Assembly: GCA_039030515.1 (NCBI GenBank) | Contig: JBCCEA010000016.1 | Coordinates: 1-64,000 of the forward strand | DNA length: 64,000 bases | Direction of reading: 5' to 3' | Source of the DNA: Myxococcota bacterium | GTDB taxonomy: Bacteria > Myxococcota_A > Polyangia > Polyangiales > Houyiibacteriaceae | Shown: piece by piece, positions 39,843-49,887 of the stretch | Numbering within the stretch: the first letter of the stretch is position 1 | Layout of the letters: each line of letters begins with the position of its first letter | The notes under the pieces: generated by a model | Database searches by the model: none | What the model was told of the DNA's origin: nothing | The model's input: only the letters and a program-made list of their open reading frames with translations | Translations under genes and position numbers: made by a program

Positions 39843-42236
39843 ATGAATGACGGTGTGGATCCCCGCGCACGGGATCTTGGCGATCGTGCGGAACTCGGTT
39901 TGGAACGTCCACGGACTTCAGCTGCCGAAATCGAAAACGACGAGGAGACACTAAAAAAAATAGGCCGCAAGACGACGATATTCGGGAGAGTAAGTGCGTT
40001 TTTGATCGTCGGAGGAGCGATCTTGCTCGGCTTCGTCGGCTGGGAAGCAAATGAAGAGTACGAAGCGAGAATGGATGGTTTCGACGCCATCGACCGCGCC
40101 GAGCCACCTCTCGATGGCCCGGCAGTGCTCGCCAAGCTTCGCTCGATCCTCGCCACCTCGAGCCATGACGATGCGCGCTCGAGAGCCATCAAGAACCTCG
40201 GCCATCTTAGAGATGTCGATTCGATGCCGCTCTTTATTGAAAACCTAGCGCGGAAGGGCCCGGTGCGACGAGATGCAGCATGGGCCATCGGGCGGATCGG
40301 ATTACCCGATGCCGACGTCGCACGAGAAGCGCTCTTGTCCCAAGTCAGCAGCCTCGACGCACGAGACGAAGCTCAAGTACTTTGGACCCTCGCACTACTC
40401 GAGGAAACACGTGCAGCCGACACGATTCTGGCCGCGTTTCGTGCGGGTCGGTTTTCAGATATGGACGACTTTGATGCAGCGGTCCTCATCCGTGTGCTCG
40501 GTCCAGAAAGACTGAGTTCCGAAGCACTGATGACGCATGAGTCGGATTCTATAAGGCTGCTGACCGCTCACGCCCTGGCCGAAGCGTCGAACCCTTCGGT
40601 TGCCGACGCGCTCACTCGAATGCTCGAAGCAGAACTGCAACGACCAGAAGATCAACAGCAAACCGAGGTAATTCGAGCGATCGCAGGGGGCCTGGGTCGC
40701 GCGGGCGATCCCTTGGGGGCACGAGCGCTGTTCGATTTGCTGCATCGAAAACCAACCCTTCGCGCCGCAGTTTTGGATGCTCTAGCCAAGTCTACAGCGG
40801 GACCACAGCTTGCGGCACTGATGGTCGAAACGCAGGACGTAGGCATTCAGCGTGACCTCGCTGATCTGGTCGCGAAAAGTCATGACGATCGCGTCATCGA
40901 CGCCCTTGTTGCACTTCTTGAACATGAAGAAGGCGAGCTTCAGAAGATCGCTGCTCTCGGATTGGCGGAGCTCAGCGACACACGGGCTGCGCCAACCCTG
41001 TTCAAGCTTGCTGTGGCGGAAGACCGAGCAACGTCAGACGCGGCACTCGAAGGGTTGATCAAGATCGCAGGGCCAGAAAATGCGGCGGAGCTTATCGAAC
41101 TACTCCAAAAGCTTGAAGGCTCACAGGCAGCGGTGATTCGCGCTCTTGGCGCCACCGGTGATTCGAGCACGACGGCGTCCGTGTTAGAATATCTGACAAA
41201 GTACGACGGCAAAGATCAGGAAGCAGCATCGCGCGCCTTGGCGCTACTGAATACGGATCCCGGATTCGACGCCCTGAGAACTCGGATTCGACGTCCTCCG
41301 GCGATCAACATGGCCGCTACCAGCTCGGTGGAGCGCCGCGTGCGGAACGAAAAACTGCGCTCAAGCCGCAGAGCCGCCATCCAGGCGATCGGCCTATTCG
41401 AGCGTCCCGAGGTGAGCCCCGATCTTCGCTTCATCGTGGAGGACCCGAAAGACGACTACGAACTTCGGGCTCTGGCGGGGGAGGCCCTTGGACGATGCGC
41501 ATCCAACGAGCAGCTGGTCGAAGTCATCCTCAAGATTTTAGATGAAAACACCGATGCGCCGGCAAGACGATACTACCTGCGAGGCTTGTGGAGAACGCCA
41601 AGACCCGAGATTTCTTCCAAGCTGCTGGATTTGATGCGCAGCACCAGCGATCCTGAAGTGCGTCGCGCTGCGGCTTTAGCAATCGGCTACGGAGGAAACC
41701 CAGAAGTAGATCAAGCCCTGGCCGCGATGCTCCGTAACGACGAACTGCGCCGAGACGCCGCATTGGCCATCGTCCTCAGCGGAAGTATCGAAAATGCACA
41801 CGCCCTTGTTCAGACCCTACTCGCTCATCGGGACATGAGAGAACTGGTGCAGGAACGAGTGACCAATACCGAAAACGACCGATTCAATGTCGTCACGGCT
41901 TACATGTTCGATAGCGAACAAATATGGAGACGGATCGAGACGGCACACATTCTTCGCGTTGGAGCTGAAGGCCGAAGCTTTGGCTACGCTTGGAACAAGG
42001 TGCTCAGCGTGCTTCAGAACGGCTGGGATGGCGTCGGCGGCCTGAATCGCAGAGAGATACGAGCTCGTCTCTGGAGTGCACTGCGCGCACCAGAGCCTGC
42101 AAAACGAAGACGGGCAGCGGAGGTTCTTGGAGCGATTTCCGAGATCGGATTGCTGCTTCGAGCCAGAGATGAGGCAGGGGTCGGTGCAGCAGAAGCTCGA
42201 AGCGTGCTATTTGCGATGAACCAGCGATCTCAGTGA
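39843..42236 (+). CDS. Membrane-anchored HEAT-repeat protein
   Basis: One N-terminal TM; many repeats such as VRRDAAWAIGRIG, IAALGLAEL, VRRAAALAIG; AAGGAG RBS. Confidence 0.8.
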   Translation: MNDGVDPRARDLGDRAELGLERPRTSAAEIENDEETLKKIGRKTTIFGRVSAFLIVGGAILLGFVGWEANEEYEARMDGFDAIDRAEPPLDGPAVLAKLRSILATSSHDDARSRAIKNLGHLRDVDSMPLFIENLARKGPVRRDAAWAIGRIGLPDADVAREALLSQVSSLDARDEAQVLWTLALLEETRAADTILAAFRAGRFSDMDDFDAAVLIRVLGPERLSSEALMTHESDSIRLLTAHALAEASNPSVADALTRMLEAELQRPEDQQQTEVIRAIAGGLGRAGDPLGARALFDLLHRKPTLRAAVLDALAKSTAGPQLAALMVETQDVGIQRDLADLVAKSHDDRVIDALVALLEHEEGELQKIAALGLAELSDTRAAPTLFKLAVAEDRATSDAALEGLIKIAGPENAAELIELLQKLEGSQAAVIRALGATGDSSTTASVLEYLTKYDGKDQEAASRALALLNTDPGFDALRTRIRRPPAINMAATSSVERRVRNEKLRSSRRAAIQAIGLFERPEVSPDLRFIVEDPKDDYELRALAGEALGRCASNEQLVEVILKILDENTDAPARRYYLRGLWRTPRPEISSKLLDLMRSTSDPEVRRAAALAIGYGGNPEVDQALAAMLRNDELRRDAALAIVLSGSIENAHALVQTLLAHRDMRELVQERVTNTENDRFNVVTAYMFDSEQIWRRIETAHILRVGAEGRSFGYAWNKVLSVLQNGWDGVGGLNRREIRARLWSALRAPEPAKRRRAAEVLGAISEIGLLLRARDEAGVGAAEARSVLFAMNQRSQ

Positions 42237-42320
42237 GGAAACCAGATGAGGTTGCATTCTACTTGGCTCAAGGCCGGAGTTGCGGATCGAAAGCGTTCTT
42301 CACAATTTCGGCTCGAGATC

Positions 42321-43568
42321 TTACGCCAAGTCGCGATCGGTACCGGCCGCCCGACTGAACTCGGAGCCCGTTGGTTCGTAGTCCGTCGAGTTGAGCGCAT
42401 GCATCACGTCCCTTAAGACGTCTTCTGTACCTTCCAGGCCGACCGCATAGCGAACCAGACCCTCCCCGATACCCAGCACGCTACGCCCTTCCGGCCCTAA
42501 ATCGTAGTAGCTCATCAACGCCGGCTGCTCGATGAGCGAATCCACGCCGCCGAGACTGGGTCCGATCTTCGGTATCCTGCAGGCATCGACGAAACGCCCC
42601 ACCTCTTCTAGCGTTCCTTCTACATCAAACGTGACAACGCCACCGAACCCCGTCATCAACCTCCGAGCCACGGCAGCGTCAGGGTGGCTGTCGAGTCCTG
42701 CATACCAAACTCGCTTAACCCGCGGATGCTCTTGCAACGCTGCAGCAAGCGCGCTGGCGGTACGATTCTGTTGCGCGACCCGAACCGCTAGCGTCTTCAT
42801 ACCTCGGTGGATCAACCATGCTGCATGGGGATCCAATACGGCGCCGAGCACATGTCGCAGTTCTCGAATCAGCGATATGAGACCGGACGCTCCAGCGACT
42901 ACTCCTCCGAGAACATCATTATGCCCTCCGAGGTACTTTGTCGCGCTGTGCACCACCAAATCGATCCCGTACTCCGCCGGGCGCATATTGATCGGCGTTG
43001 CAAAAGTGCTGTCGATCATAGACTTGACTCGATGTTCCCGACAAAGCTCCGCCAAACGGGGCAGGTCTACAACACTCTGATAGGGATTGGTCGGAGCCTC
43101 GCTGATCACCAGCTTCGTATTCGGCCTCAGAGCTTGCTCTAACGCCGCAAGATCTGCCGAGGGCACCACAGTGTGCTCTACATTGAACTTTACCAAGAAA
43201 TCACAAACAAATTGGCGCGTTCTCCGGTAACAGTCAGAGAACAAAACCACGTGGGAACCCGAACGTACAAGCGCCATGATTCCCGTCGTCACCGCGGCCA
43301 TACCTGACGAAAATGCAACGGCGTCCACACAGCCTTCGAGCTTCGCTACCTTGGATTCCACAAGTCGAACGGTGGGATTGCCGTATCGACCGTACTCTTC
43401 CCGCTGAACGCCCCCCTCCATGAACGCCACAACTTCCGAAGTGGTTCCGAACGTGTAAGTCGCCGTCTGATACAGAGGAGGGGCCAGTGTATCGTGCGGG
43501 TGGTCTGGAGCCTCTCCGCCCTGAACTACCTCAGTGTATGGGAAACATTGCGTCTGTTTTGGCGACAT
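42321..43568 (-). CDS. metB: Cystathionine gamma-synthase (Cys/Met metabolism PLP enzyme); start probably ATG 43568
   Basis: EYGRYGNPT, FSSGMAA, EAPTNP, DSTFATP, HSATKYLGGHND, SLGGVDSL. Confidence 0.88.
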   Translation of the reverse strand: MSPKQTQCFPYTEVVQGGEAPDHPHDTLAPPLYQTATYTFGTTSEVVAFMEGGVQREEYGRYGNPTVRLVESKVAKLEGCVDAVAFSSGMAAVTTGIMALVRSGSHVVLFSDCYRRTRQFVCDFLVKFNVEHTVVPSADLAALEQALRPNTKLVISEAPTNPYQSVVDLPRLAELCREHRVKSMIDSTFATPINMRPAEYGIDLVVHSATKYLGGHNDVLGGVVAGASGLISLIRELRHVLGAVLDPHAAWLIHRGMKTLAVRVAQQNRTASALAAALQEHPRVKRVWYAGLDSHPDAAVARRLMTGFGGVVTFDVEGTLEEVGRFVDACRIPKIGPSLGGVDSLIEQPALMSYYDLGPEGRSVLGIGEGLVRYAVGLEGTEDVLRDVMHALNSTDYEPTGSEFSRAAGTDRDLA

Positions 43569-43691
43569 CTTGAACCGAACATAATCCAGTAAATACCGAC
43601 GCGCTCGCCTCGAACCGACTCCGTGAGACACTCCCGCTTGCTCGAACCTAATTCGAGAGGTATGTTTCTTATCGGCAAGAGGCAATTTTAT

Positions 43692-44384
43692 ATGGGTACC
43701 CGGGTGTTTGTAGGCAACTTGTCCTGGTCCACGAGCGAGGACAACCTGCGAGTTTTTTTCGAACAAGAAGGAAAACGAGAGGTCGTCGATGTACGCATCA
43801 TCAACGACCGAGAAACTGGCAAGTCGCGAGGCTTTGGTTTCGTCGAATTCGCGAACGATGACGGTGCACGCTCCGCAATCGACGACTTGAACGGTCAGGA
43901 ACTGGAGGGTCGTCAGGTCGCCGTGAAGGAGGCGCACGCCAAGGATGATCGGGGAAGCGGTCCGCCAAGAGGCGAGCGCCGAGACCGGCGCGGAAGATCT
44001 TTTGAACCGAGAGACGGCATTGCAAGACCGCCACGCGACCGAGGAGCTCCACACAGGGAACGCTCCTTTGGCGGACGCGATTCCCGAAGCGATCTGCGTG
44101 GCAGTGGTAGATCCGGCTCCGAAGGCTACAGCAACGAAGACCGACGGGGTGGCGGAGACCGACCTAGAGGCGACGATCGATCACGAGGAGAGTACCGACG
44201 GCGTGACGGCGGGGGTAGCAGAGGCGGCCCTAGAGCCCTCGATGTCCAGCAGGAAGATGCAAGAAGTGCAAAAGCCGACTGGAATGGTGGCAAACGAAGG
44301 CGACCTCCCCGTCAAGACAAGGAGAATAAAGAAGAGCAGTCGTCAGACTACTCGGATTACGATGATGACGACGGCTGGAACTGA
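43692..44384 (+). CDS. RRM RNA-binding protein with a long R/G/D-rich disordered tail
   Basis: RNP2 VFVGNL, RNP1 RGFGFVEF; GAGG RBS; low-complexity tail. Confidence 0.93.
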   Translation: MGTRVFVGNLSWSTSEDNLRVFFEQEGKREVVDVRIINDRETGKSRGFGFVEFANDDGARSAIDDLNGQELEGRQVAVKEAHAKDDRGSGPPRGERRDRRGRSFEPRDGIARPPRDRGAPHRERSFGGRDSRSDLRGSGRSGSEGYSNEDRRGGGDRPRGDDRSRGEYRRRDGGGSRGGPRALDVQQEDARSAKADWNGGKRRRPPRQDKENKEEQSSDYSDYDDDDGWN

Positions 44385-44395
44385 ACGGTGATTTT

Positions 44396-44483
44396 GACCC
44401 CTTCGAAATAGATTTTGGAGGGGTCGTTAGCCGAATTGCAAAAGGCAGATTGACAATTTGATTCAATCTGCCTTTTGCAATTC
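44396..44483. terminator. Two adjacent hairpins between convergent genes (probable terminator region)
   Basis: 13-bp stem 44396-44425 with two G-U pairs on the + RNA; perfect 21-bp inverted repeat 44433-44453/44463-44483 followed by a T-rich tract. Confidence 0.75.
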
Positions 44484-44519
44484 TGTATTTACTTTGTGAA
44501 CGTGAGACTTCTATTTTTA

Positions 44520-45122
44520 CTAGTGACCCTGTTCCCTGTCGATTCCTGGATGGCTGGGATCGCCGGGTTCGTGTCTTAGGTTTCCAGTGACGTAGGTTCC
44601 ATCGTGTCCTGGAATAGACATGAGCGTTTCTTTATCGTAGATAAAATGTGCTCGCTTGGTGGAGGGTGGCATATGCATACCGGTATCCATTCGAATCGCG
44701 TCGCACGGACACGCTTCCACGCAATAACCGCAAAAAATACAGCGTAGTTCGTCGATAACGAACACTTCTGGGTATCGCTCATATCCGTAACGCGGATCAT
44801 CCGGCTGATACTCGGCAGGCTCGATGTGTATGCACTGCGCAGGACATGCGGTACTGCAACACAGACAGGCAACACATCGAGGCGATCCATCCGTTCGATG
44901 GGTGAGTCGATGAATCCCTCGGAACCGTTCGGGATATTCTCTCTGCTCTTCTGGATACCGTACCGTAGCTATCTCGGTATTCTCTGGCCTCGAGAACGTA
45001 TTCTTGAAAAAGCGATTCATCGTGAGCCCCAGACCTTTGGCGATCTCAGGAATGAATGCTTGCTCTGCTATGGTCCGTTTCGGCTTGCGAATGACCTTTG
45101 TTTTTACAACAGCCACGTTCAC
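44520..45122 (-). CDS. nuoI: NADH-quinone oxidoreductase subunit I (start probably GTG 45122)
   Basis: TVRYPEE, RFRGIHRL, CVACLCCSTACP, CIFCGYCVEACP. Confidence 0.95.
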   Translation of the reverse strand: MNVAVVKTKVIRKPKRTIAEQAFIPEIAKGLGLTMNRFFKNTFSRPENTEIATVRYPEEQREYPERFRGIHRLTHRTDGSPRCVACLCCSTACPAQCIHIEPAEYQPDDPRYGYERYPEVFVIDELRCIFCGYCVEACPCDAIRMDTGMHMPPSTKRAHFIYDKETLMSIPGHDGTYVTGNLRHEPGDPSHPGIDREQGH

Positions 45123-46282
45123 CTCTCGATAAGGAGCAGTACAACTCCGGTGGCAACAACGTTTAATAGGGCTAGCGGTAAGATATACTTCCAACAAAGC
45201 GCCATGATCTGGTCGTAACGAAATCGGGGAAGACTCCATCGAATCATAAGCTGGAACCAAATCAAGAGAGATACCTTCACAATAAAGGTGAGCGTCTGCA
45301 AAGCGATCACCACGATGTGCGGAAGTGAACCGTCCCAGTAGACAGCGTACCCACCTACGGAGAAATCGAGCGCGTACCCGAAGAACTCGAGACCGCTGCG
45401 ATCCAGTAGCGGCAAGTCCCAACCGCCGAAAAATATCGTCGTCGCCAATGCCGAAAGAACGACCACTTCGATGAACTCTCCCATGAAGAACATGCCGAAC
45501 TTCATGCCGGAGTACTCGGTAAAGTATCCACCGACCAGTTCGCTCTCTCCTTCAGGAACGTCGAACGGTATGCGCTTGGTCTCGGCGATTGCTGCCGTGA
45601 AGTATAGGAGGAATGCGACGGGCTGAATGAAGATGCCCCACACGTGGCGATGCTGCCAAAGAACCATGTCCTCTAGACGCAGAGTGTCGTAGATCATGAA
45701 ACAGCCGACTAGGGTTAGTCCAAGCGCAACTTCGTAACTAACCATCTGACCTGCAGCGCGAAGACCTCCAAGCAGCGAATATTTATTGTCGCTCGCGTAT
45801 CCGGCTATTGCAGCGCCGACCACTCCTGTGCCTGCGAGTGCGAAGACAAATAGAATGCCCACGTTGAGTTTCGCCACCTGCATGGGAATAGCGACTCCAG
45901 TTACGCTTCCATGCACGGGTAAGGCGTTCCAAAGGTATTCGAGATACAGCGTATCTGCGAAAGGAATGACCGCGAAGGTTCCGATAGCGGTCACCAGCGT
46001 GATCACCGGAGCAAGACTGTGAAGCAGGCGATCGGCTTTTGCTGGTACAAAGTCTTCCTTCCAAATCATTTTCAGTGCGTCCGCGAGCGGATGCAGCAAA
46101 CCGGCCAATTCAATCTTTCGCCCAAAGAGGCGAAATCCTGCTCGATGGGGTCCGACTCGGTCTTGGATCATCGCGCTCTGCCGGCGCTCAGCCCACACAA
46201 GAACCGGAGCAAAAGTGAAGATGATCACGAGCACAAAGCCAATTTTGGCTGCGGTTGAAATAAGCAGAGTAGCTGTGTCCAT
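45119..46282 (-). CDS. nuoH: NADH-quinone oxidoreductase subunit H
   Basis: QDRVGP, ADALK, GGLRAAGQMVSYE, PFDVPEGESELVGGY, PRFRYDQ. Confidence 0.97.
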   Translation of the reverse strand: MDTATLLISTAAKIGFVLVIIFTFAPVLVWAERRQSAMIQDRVGPHRAGFRLFGRKIELAGLLHPLADALKMIWKEDFVPAKADRLLHSLAPVITLVTAIGTFAVIPFADTLYLEYLWNALPVHGSVTGVAIPMQVAKLNVGILFVFALAGTGVVGAAIAGYASDNKYSLLGGLRAAGQMVSYEVALGLTLVGCFMIYDTLRLEDMVLWQHRHVWGIFIQPVAFLLYFTAAIAETKRIPFDVPEGESELVGGYFTEYSGMKFGMFFMGEFIEVVVLSALATTIFFGGWDLPLLDRSGLEFFGYALDFSVGGYAVYWDGSLPHIVVIALQTLTFIVKVSLLIWFQLMIRWSLPRFRYDQIMALCWKYILPLALLNVVATGVVLLLIER

Positions 46283-47916
46283 TATACCGTGGCTCCTGCA
46301 GCAGCTGCAGAGTCTGACGACTGAGCCGACACGGAACTCGTCGACTCATTCAGTAGCGCGCGCAGCCCCTTGATGTTCGAAAAGCCCAATTCGCGTCCCA
46401 TTTCCGCAGCCAAGGTGGCGATCGCTTTCCAAGCAGGCTGCACTCCTGGGGGTGCCGGAACCGCCCTTCGGAACTGCTGGTCGAGGCCGTCACGATTCCG
46501 AAAAGTCCCAAAGTCTTCAAGCCATGAAACAGTCGGGATAACCACCGAGGCGACTGTCGTGAATGCGCTCTCGTTGCTTGCCAGATTCACGATTGCTTCG
46601 AGCTCACCAAGCGCGCTCAGTTGCTGAGCGAACTCAGTACTTGCAGAGCCAAGTAGCAACACCGCCTCGATCTCCTTTGCTGCCACGTCTCGCATGAGAT
46701 CGTTCAAATTGCGATCGATCTCGCGACCCGCCGCATGAGTGACTCCTGCCCGATTGGGGTTTTGGTCCGCACTGCGTAAAATATCGTCGCCGACCCAATC
46801 GGGGCGCGCATTGACGTAGAGCTTTGAGGTGCCCAGTGTTTCAGCAAAGCGTACCGCAGCGAAGTTGTCTTCGGAGGAGCGTAGCGCAGAGAGAACCACG
46901 GCAATGCGTGAGGATTCTACGGCGCTGAAACGAGCCGCGGCTTGCCGAATCGACTCGGTAGGAGAACACCCTTCCCGCTCGTCTCCTCGGCCGATCAGGC
47001 CACCGTACATTCGGCCTTCGTGAGCCGAAATGTAGGTCATCATACCGTCGTCACACATCCAGTGCTGATTCACTTGAGGATTGTCACGTGGTCGCAAACG
47101 ATAAACTTTGCCGTAACGTGGATCGTGATCTGCGTGAGCGTTGCATCCGGTGGCACAACCTGGACACACAGTCGGTGAGGCTTTCAAGAACCAAACGCGC
47201 GCTTTGAACCTGAAGTCTCGGCTGGTAAGGGCTCCAACCGGACAGACATGCTCTGTCATCAACGTGTATCGGTGATCTAACTGACGTCCCGGAGCCAACA
47301 CGATCTCGTTGCGATTTCCCCTTTCACGCATGTCGAGCACGGGATCTCCAACAAGTTCCTCGCAGACGCGAATACACCTCGTGCACATAATGCAGCGCTC
47401 GGCGTCGTAAACGATGGTGGGACCGAATCGAACGCCTTTTGGTTTGTGTACCGGTTCAGTTCGCTTTCGCTTTAGGGAAGTCTGATGGTCCAGCCAATAA
47501 TCTTGAAGCTTGCACTCGCCTGCCTGGTCGCAGATCGGGCAGTCCACCGGATGATTCAGAAGCAAGAACTCTTGCACCGAAGCCCGCGCGTTCGCCACGT
47601 CGGGTCCAGCGGTGTCGATTTCCATTCCGGCTTGCGCCTCGATTTGACATGCAGGCTGCAGCTTTGGTTTCGTCTCGGGCAAAAAAGCCTTCTTCTTGGC
47701 GTTCCACTTCAGGATAGGCATTTCCATTTGGCGCCCGCTCTTGATGTGGACGAGACACATCCGACAGTTGGCCGCAACGCTTAAACCTGGATGCCAGCAA
47801 TAGTGGGGAATCTCGATCCCTTGTCGCCACGCGGCTCGAATGATCGTATCCCCCGGTTCGAAGGGCACCGGCTTGCCGTCTATTGTTATCTTCGTTTCCT
47901 CAGGTGAATGCTCCAT
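46282..47916 (-). CDS. nuoG: NADH-quinone oxidoreductase subunit G (about 544 aa; start ATG 47916)
   Basis: CWHPGL..ANCRMC, HPVDCPICDQAGEC, CIMCTRC..CPVGAL, CPGCATGC..CDDG. Confidence 0.93.
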   Translation of the reverse strand: MEHSPEETKITIDGKPVPFEPGDTIIRAAWRQGIEIPHYCWHPGLSVAANCRMCLVHIKSGRQMEMPILKWNAKKKAFLPETKPKLQPACQIEAQAGMEIDTAGPDVANARASVQEFLLLNHPVDCPICDQAGECKLQDYWLDHQTSLKRKRTEPVHKPKGVRFGPTIVYDAERCIMCTRCIRVCEELVGDPVLDMRERGNRNEIVLAPGRQLDHRYTLMTEHVCPVGALTSRDFRFKARVWFLKASPTVCPGCATGCNAHADHDPRYGKVYRLRPRDNPQVNQHWMCDDGMMTYISAHEGRMYGGLIGRGDEREGCSPTESIRQAAARFSAVESSRIAVVLSALRSSEDNFAAVRFAETLGTSKLYVNARPDWVGDDILRSADQNPNRAGVTHAAGREIDRNLNDLMRDVAAKEIEAVLLLGSASTEFAQQLSALGELEAIVNLASNESAFTTVASVVIPTVSWLEDFGTFRNRDGLDQQFRRAVPAPPGVQPAWKAIATLAAEMGRELGFSNIKGLRALLNESTSSVSAQSSDSAAAAGATV

Positions 47917-49136
47917 CACCGATCGCACTCCCCACCGATCATATTCACCGAACCAAACGTCGGAATAATGTCGGCGACCATATCTCCGATTATCATTTCG
48001 CGACACGCCTGCAGGTTGTACCAACAGGGCGGTCGCACTCGAACACGGTAGGGCGTGCCGCTTCCATCAGATACGATGAAGAAACCAAGCTCTCCATTTG
48101 CACCTTCCGTGTGACTATACACCTGACCGGGCGGAGGCTTGACCCCCTCCATCACCAGCTTGAAATGCGAGATGGTCGCCTCGATCGTGTCGTAGACTTC
48201 GTTCTTTGCCGGCAGTAAAAAACGAGGATCGTCGACGGACACCGGGCCACTGCCCGGCATTTGCTCGAGAGCCTGCTCGATGATTCGAATCGACTGCCGG
48301 ATCTCCTCCATCCGGACCATGAATCGATCCCAGTTGTCTCCGTCTTCTCCGACTGGAACCTCAAAGTCGAAACGGTCGTAAACCAGGTAGGGATCATCAC
48401 GCCGGACGTCGTAGTCCAGCCCAGACGCGCGAGCTACGGGACCGGTGACTCCGTACTGAATCGCCCGCTCTTTCGGCAGAATCCCGGTGCCCTGGGTGCG
48501 ATCGAGGAAGATACGATTCTTCAGGAGCATCGTTTCTGTTTCGATCGTGACCTTACGAATCTCAACGAGAACGCCTCGAACATCCTCGATAAAGTGTTCG
48601 GTGGGCGGATGCGCCATTCCACCGACTCTGCCGAAGCTATGAGTCAACCGAGCCCCAGACTCTTTTTCTAAAATATCCCAAATCCAATCGCGAACCTTCA
48701 GGATCCATAGAAACGGAGTAAAGGCTCCAAGCTCCATGGCAGTCGCGCCATTGCATGTAAAATGGTCGCAGATTCGGGAAAGCTCTCCGAGGATGACTCG
48801 GTAATACTGGCCCCTCTCTGGGACCTGCAGCTCGCAGAGTTTTTCCACTGCGAGCGCAAACCCTACGTTGTTGAGCATAGGCGACACATAGTTGAGCCGG
48901 TCCGCATAGGGGAACACTTGATTCCAGGTCCCTCGTTCGCAAGACTTCTCAAAACCGCGATGCAAGTATCCTGGTTGAATATCGACGTTTAAAACGGTCT
49001 CTCCCTCGAGATCGAGAACCATGCGAATCGTTCCGTGCATGGCCGGATGACTAGGCCCCATATTGAGGCGCATCGGATCGGTATGCAGCTCGAGTGCACC
49101 TTCTTCTTCATCCAGGAGGTCATCGATTGGCTCCAT
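47916..49136 (-). CDS. nuoD: NADH-quinone oxidoreductase subunit D
   Basis: NMGPSHPAMHG, GYLHRGFEK, DRLNY, C-terminal GGECDR. Confidence 0.97.
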   Translation of the reverse strand: MEPIDDLLDEEEGALELHTDPMRLNMGPSHPAMHGTIRMVLDLEGETVLNVDIQPGYLHRGFEKSCERGTWNQVFPYADRLNYVSPMLNNVGFALAVEKLCELQVPERGQYYRVILGELSRICDHFTCNGATAMELGAFTPFLWILKVRDWIWDILEKESGARLTHSFGRVGGMAHPPTEHFIEDVRGVLVEIRKVTIETETMLLKNRIFLDRTQGTGILPKERAIQYGVTGPVARASGLDYDVRRDDPYLVYDRFDFEVPVGEDGDNWDRFMVRMEEIRQSIRIIEQALEQMPGSGPVSVDDPRFLLPAKNEVYDTIEATISHFKLVMEGVKPPPGQVYSHTEGANGELGFFIVSDGSGTPYRVRVRPPCWYNLQACREMIIGDMVADIIPTFGSVNMIGGECDR

Positions 49137-49138
49137 GG

Positions 49139-49825
49139 TTACTCCTCACTCGTCACTTCTGCAGGACGCGTTTGGGACGTGAATTCGTCACTATCGCTTA
49201 AGGTACGTCTTTGACCGGAATGAAGCGCGATCGACGGGGAGACTTGCTGGTCCTGCCCCTTCAGTCGGTTCGACCAGTCCACTCGTCCAAAGGGCTGACC
49301 TTCCTCGATCCCGAACGGGGGCAGCTTATGGATGTCTTCAGCATTTCGGTAGGGCACTAGGGGCTGAGCTCGATCGATAGGATAGTCTTTTCTCAACGGA
49401 TGCCCCTCAAACTCATCGTACATGAGAATACGTCGAAGATCGGGGTGACCCTCAAAACGGATTCCGAACATGTCGAACACCTCGCGCTCTGCCCAGTCAG
49501 CGCCTGCCCACACCGTAGAAAGCGTAGGAGCGATTTCGTCTTCCTCGAGCTCCGTCCAGAGCAGAATCCGCTGCTTGCTCTTCGTTGAGCGAACGATGAG
49601 TACCAAGTCGAACCGAGCAGCGTCGATCGATCGCTCGGGATAATCCACCGCCGTAAGGTCGATAAAATGGTCAAACGCCAAGACGTCGTCGTCGCGGAGA
49701 AAATTAGCGACCTTGTGCCAGGAAGCCGGAGAAACCTGAGCGCGTGCGTCGCCTCGGAACACCTCAGTTTTGATTACTTCAGCTTCGCAAACCTGTTCAA
49801 GGCGCTTCAAACTAGCTTCGGTCAT
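49139..49825 (-). CDS. nuoC: NADH-quinone oxidoreductase subunit C
   Basis: DLTAVDY, WAEREVFDMFGIRFEGHPDLRRIL, GHPLRKDYP. Confidence 0.97.
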   Translation of the reverse strand: MTEASLKRLEQVCEAEVIKTEVFRGDARAQVSPASWHKVANFLRDDDVLAFDHFIDLTAVDYPERSIDAARFDLVLIVRSTKSKQRILLWTELEEDEIAPTLSTVWAGADWAEREVFDMFGIRFEGHPDLRRILMYDEFEGHPLRKDYPIDRAQPLVPYRNAEDIHKLPPFGIEEGQPFGRVDWSNRLKGQDQQVSPSIALHSGQRRTLSDSDEFTSQTRPAEVTSEE

Positions 49826-49887
49826 TGAATTTCGTATGCTCCGGCCTGAGACTTCGGTCTCGGCTTGGGTTGCGGTCTCGGCTTAGT

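Noticed and set aside
43569..43691. SAM riboswitch upstream of metB
   Set aside because: No SAM-I-like consensus seen; short divergent promoter region
43569..44054. Apparent 577-aa metB with a long N-terminal extension
   Set aside because: The extension is the antisense reading of the RRM gene; the PLP enzyme starts at about 43568
45123..45422. N-terminal extension of nuoI (likewise nuoG 47917-48024)
   Set aside because: These overlap the upstream nuo genes; coupled starts at 45122 and 47916 fit better
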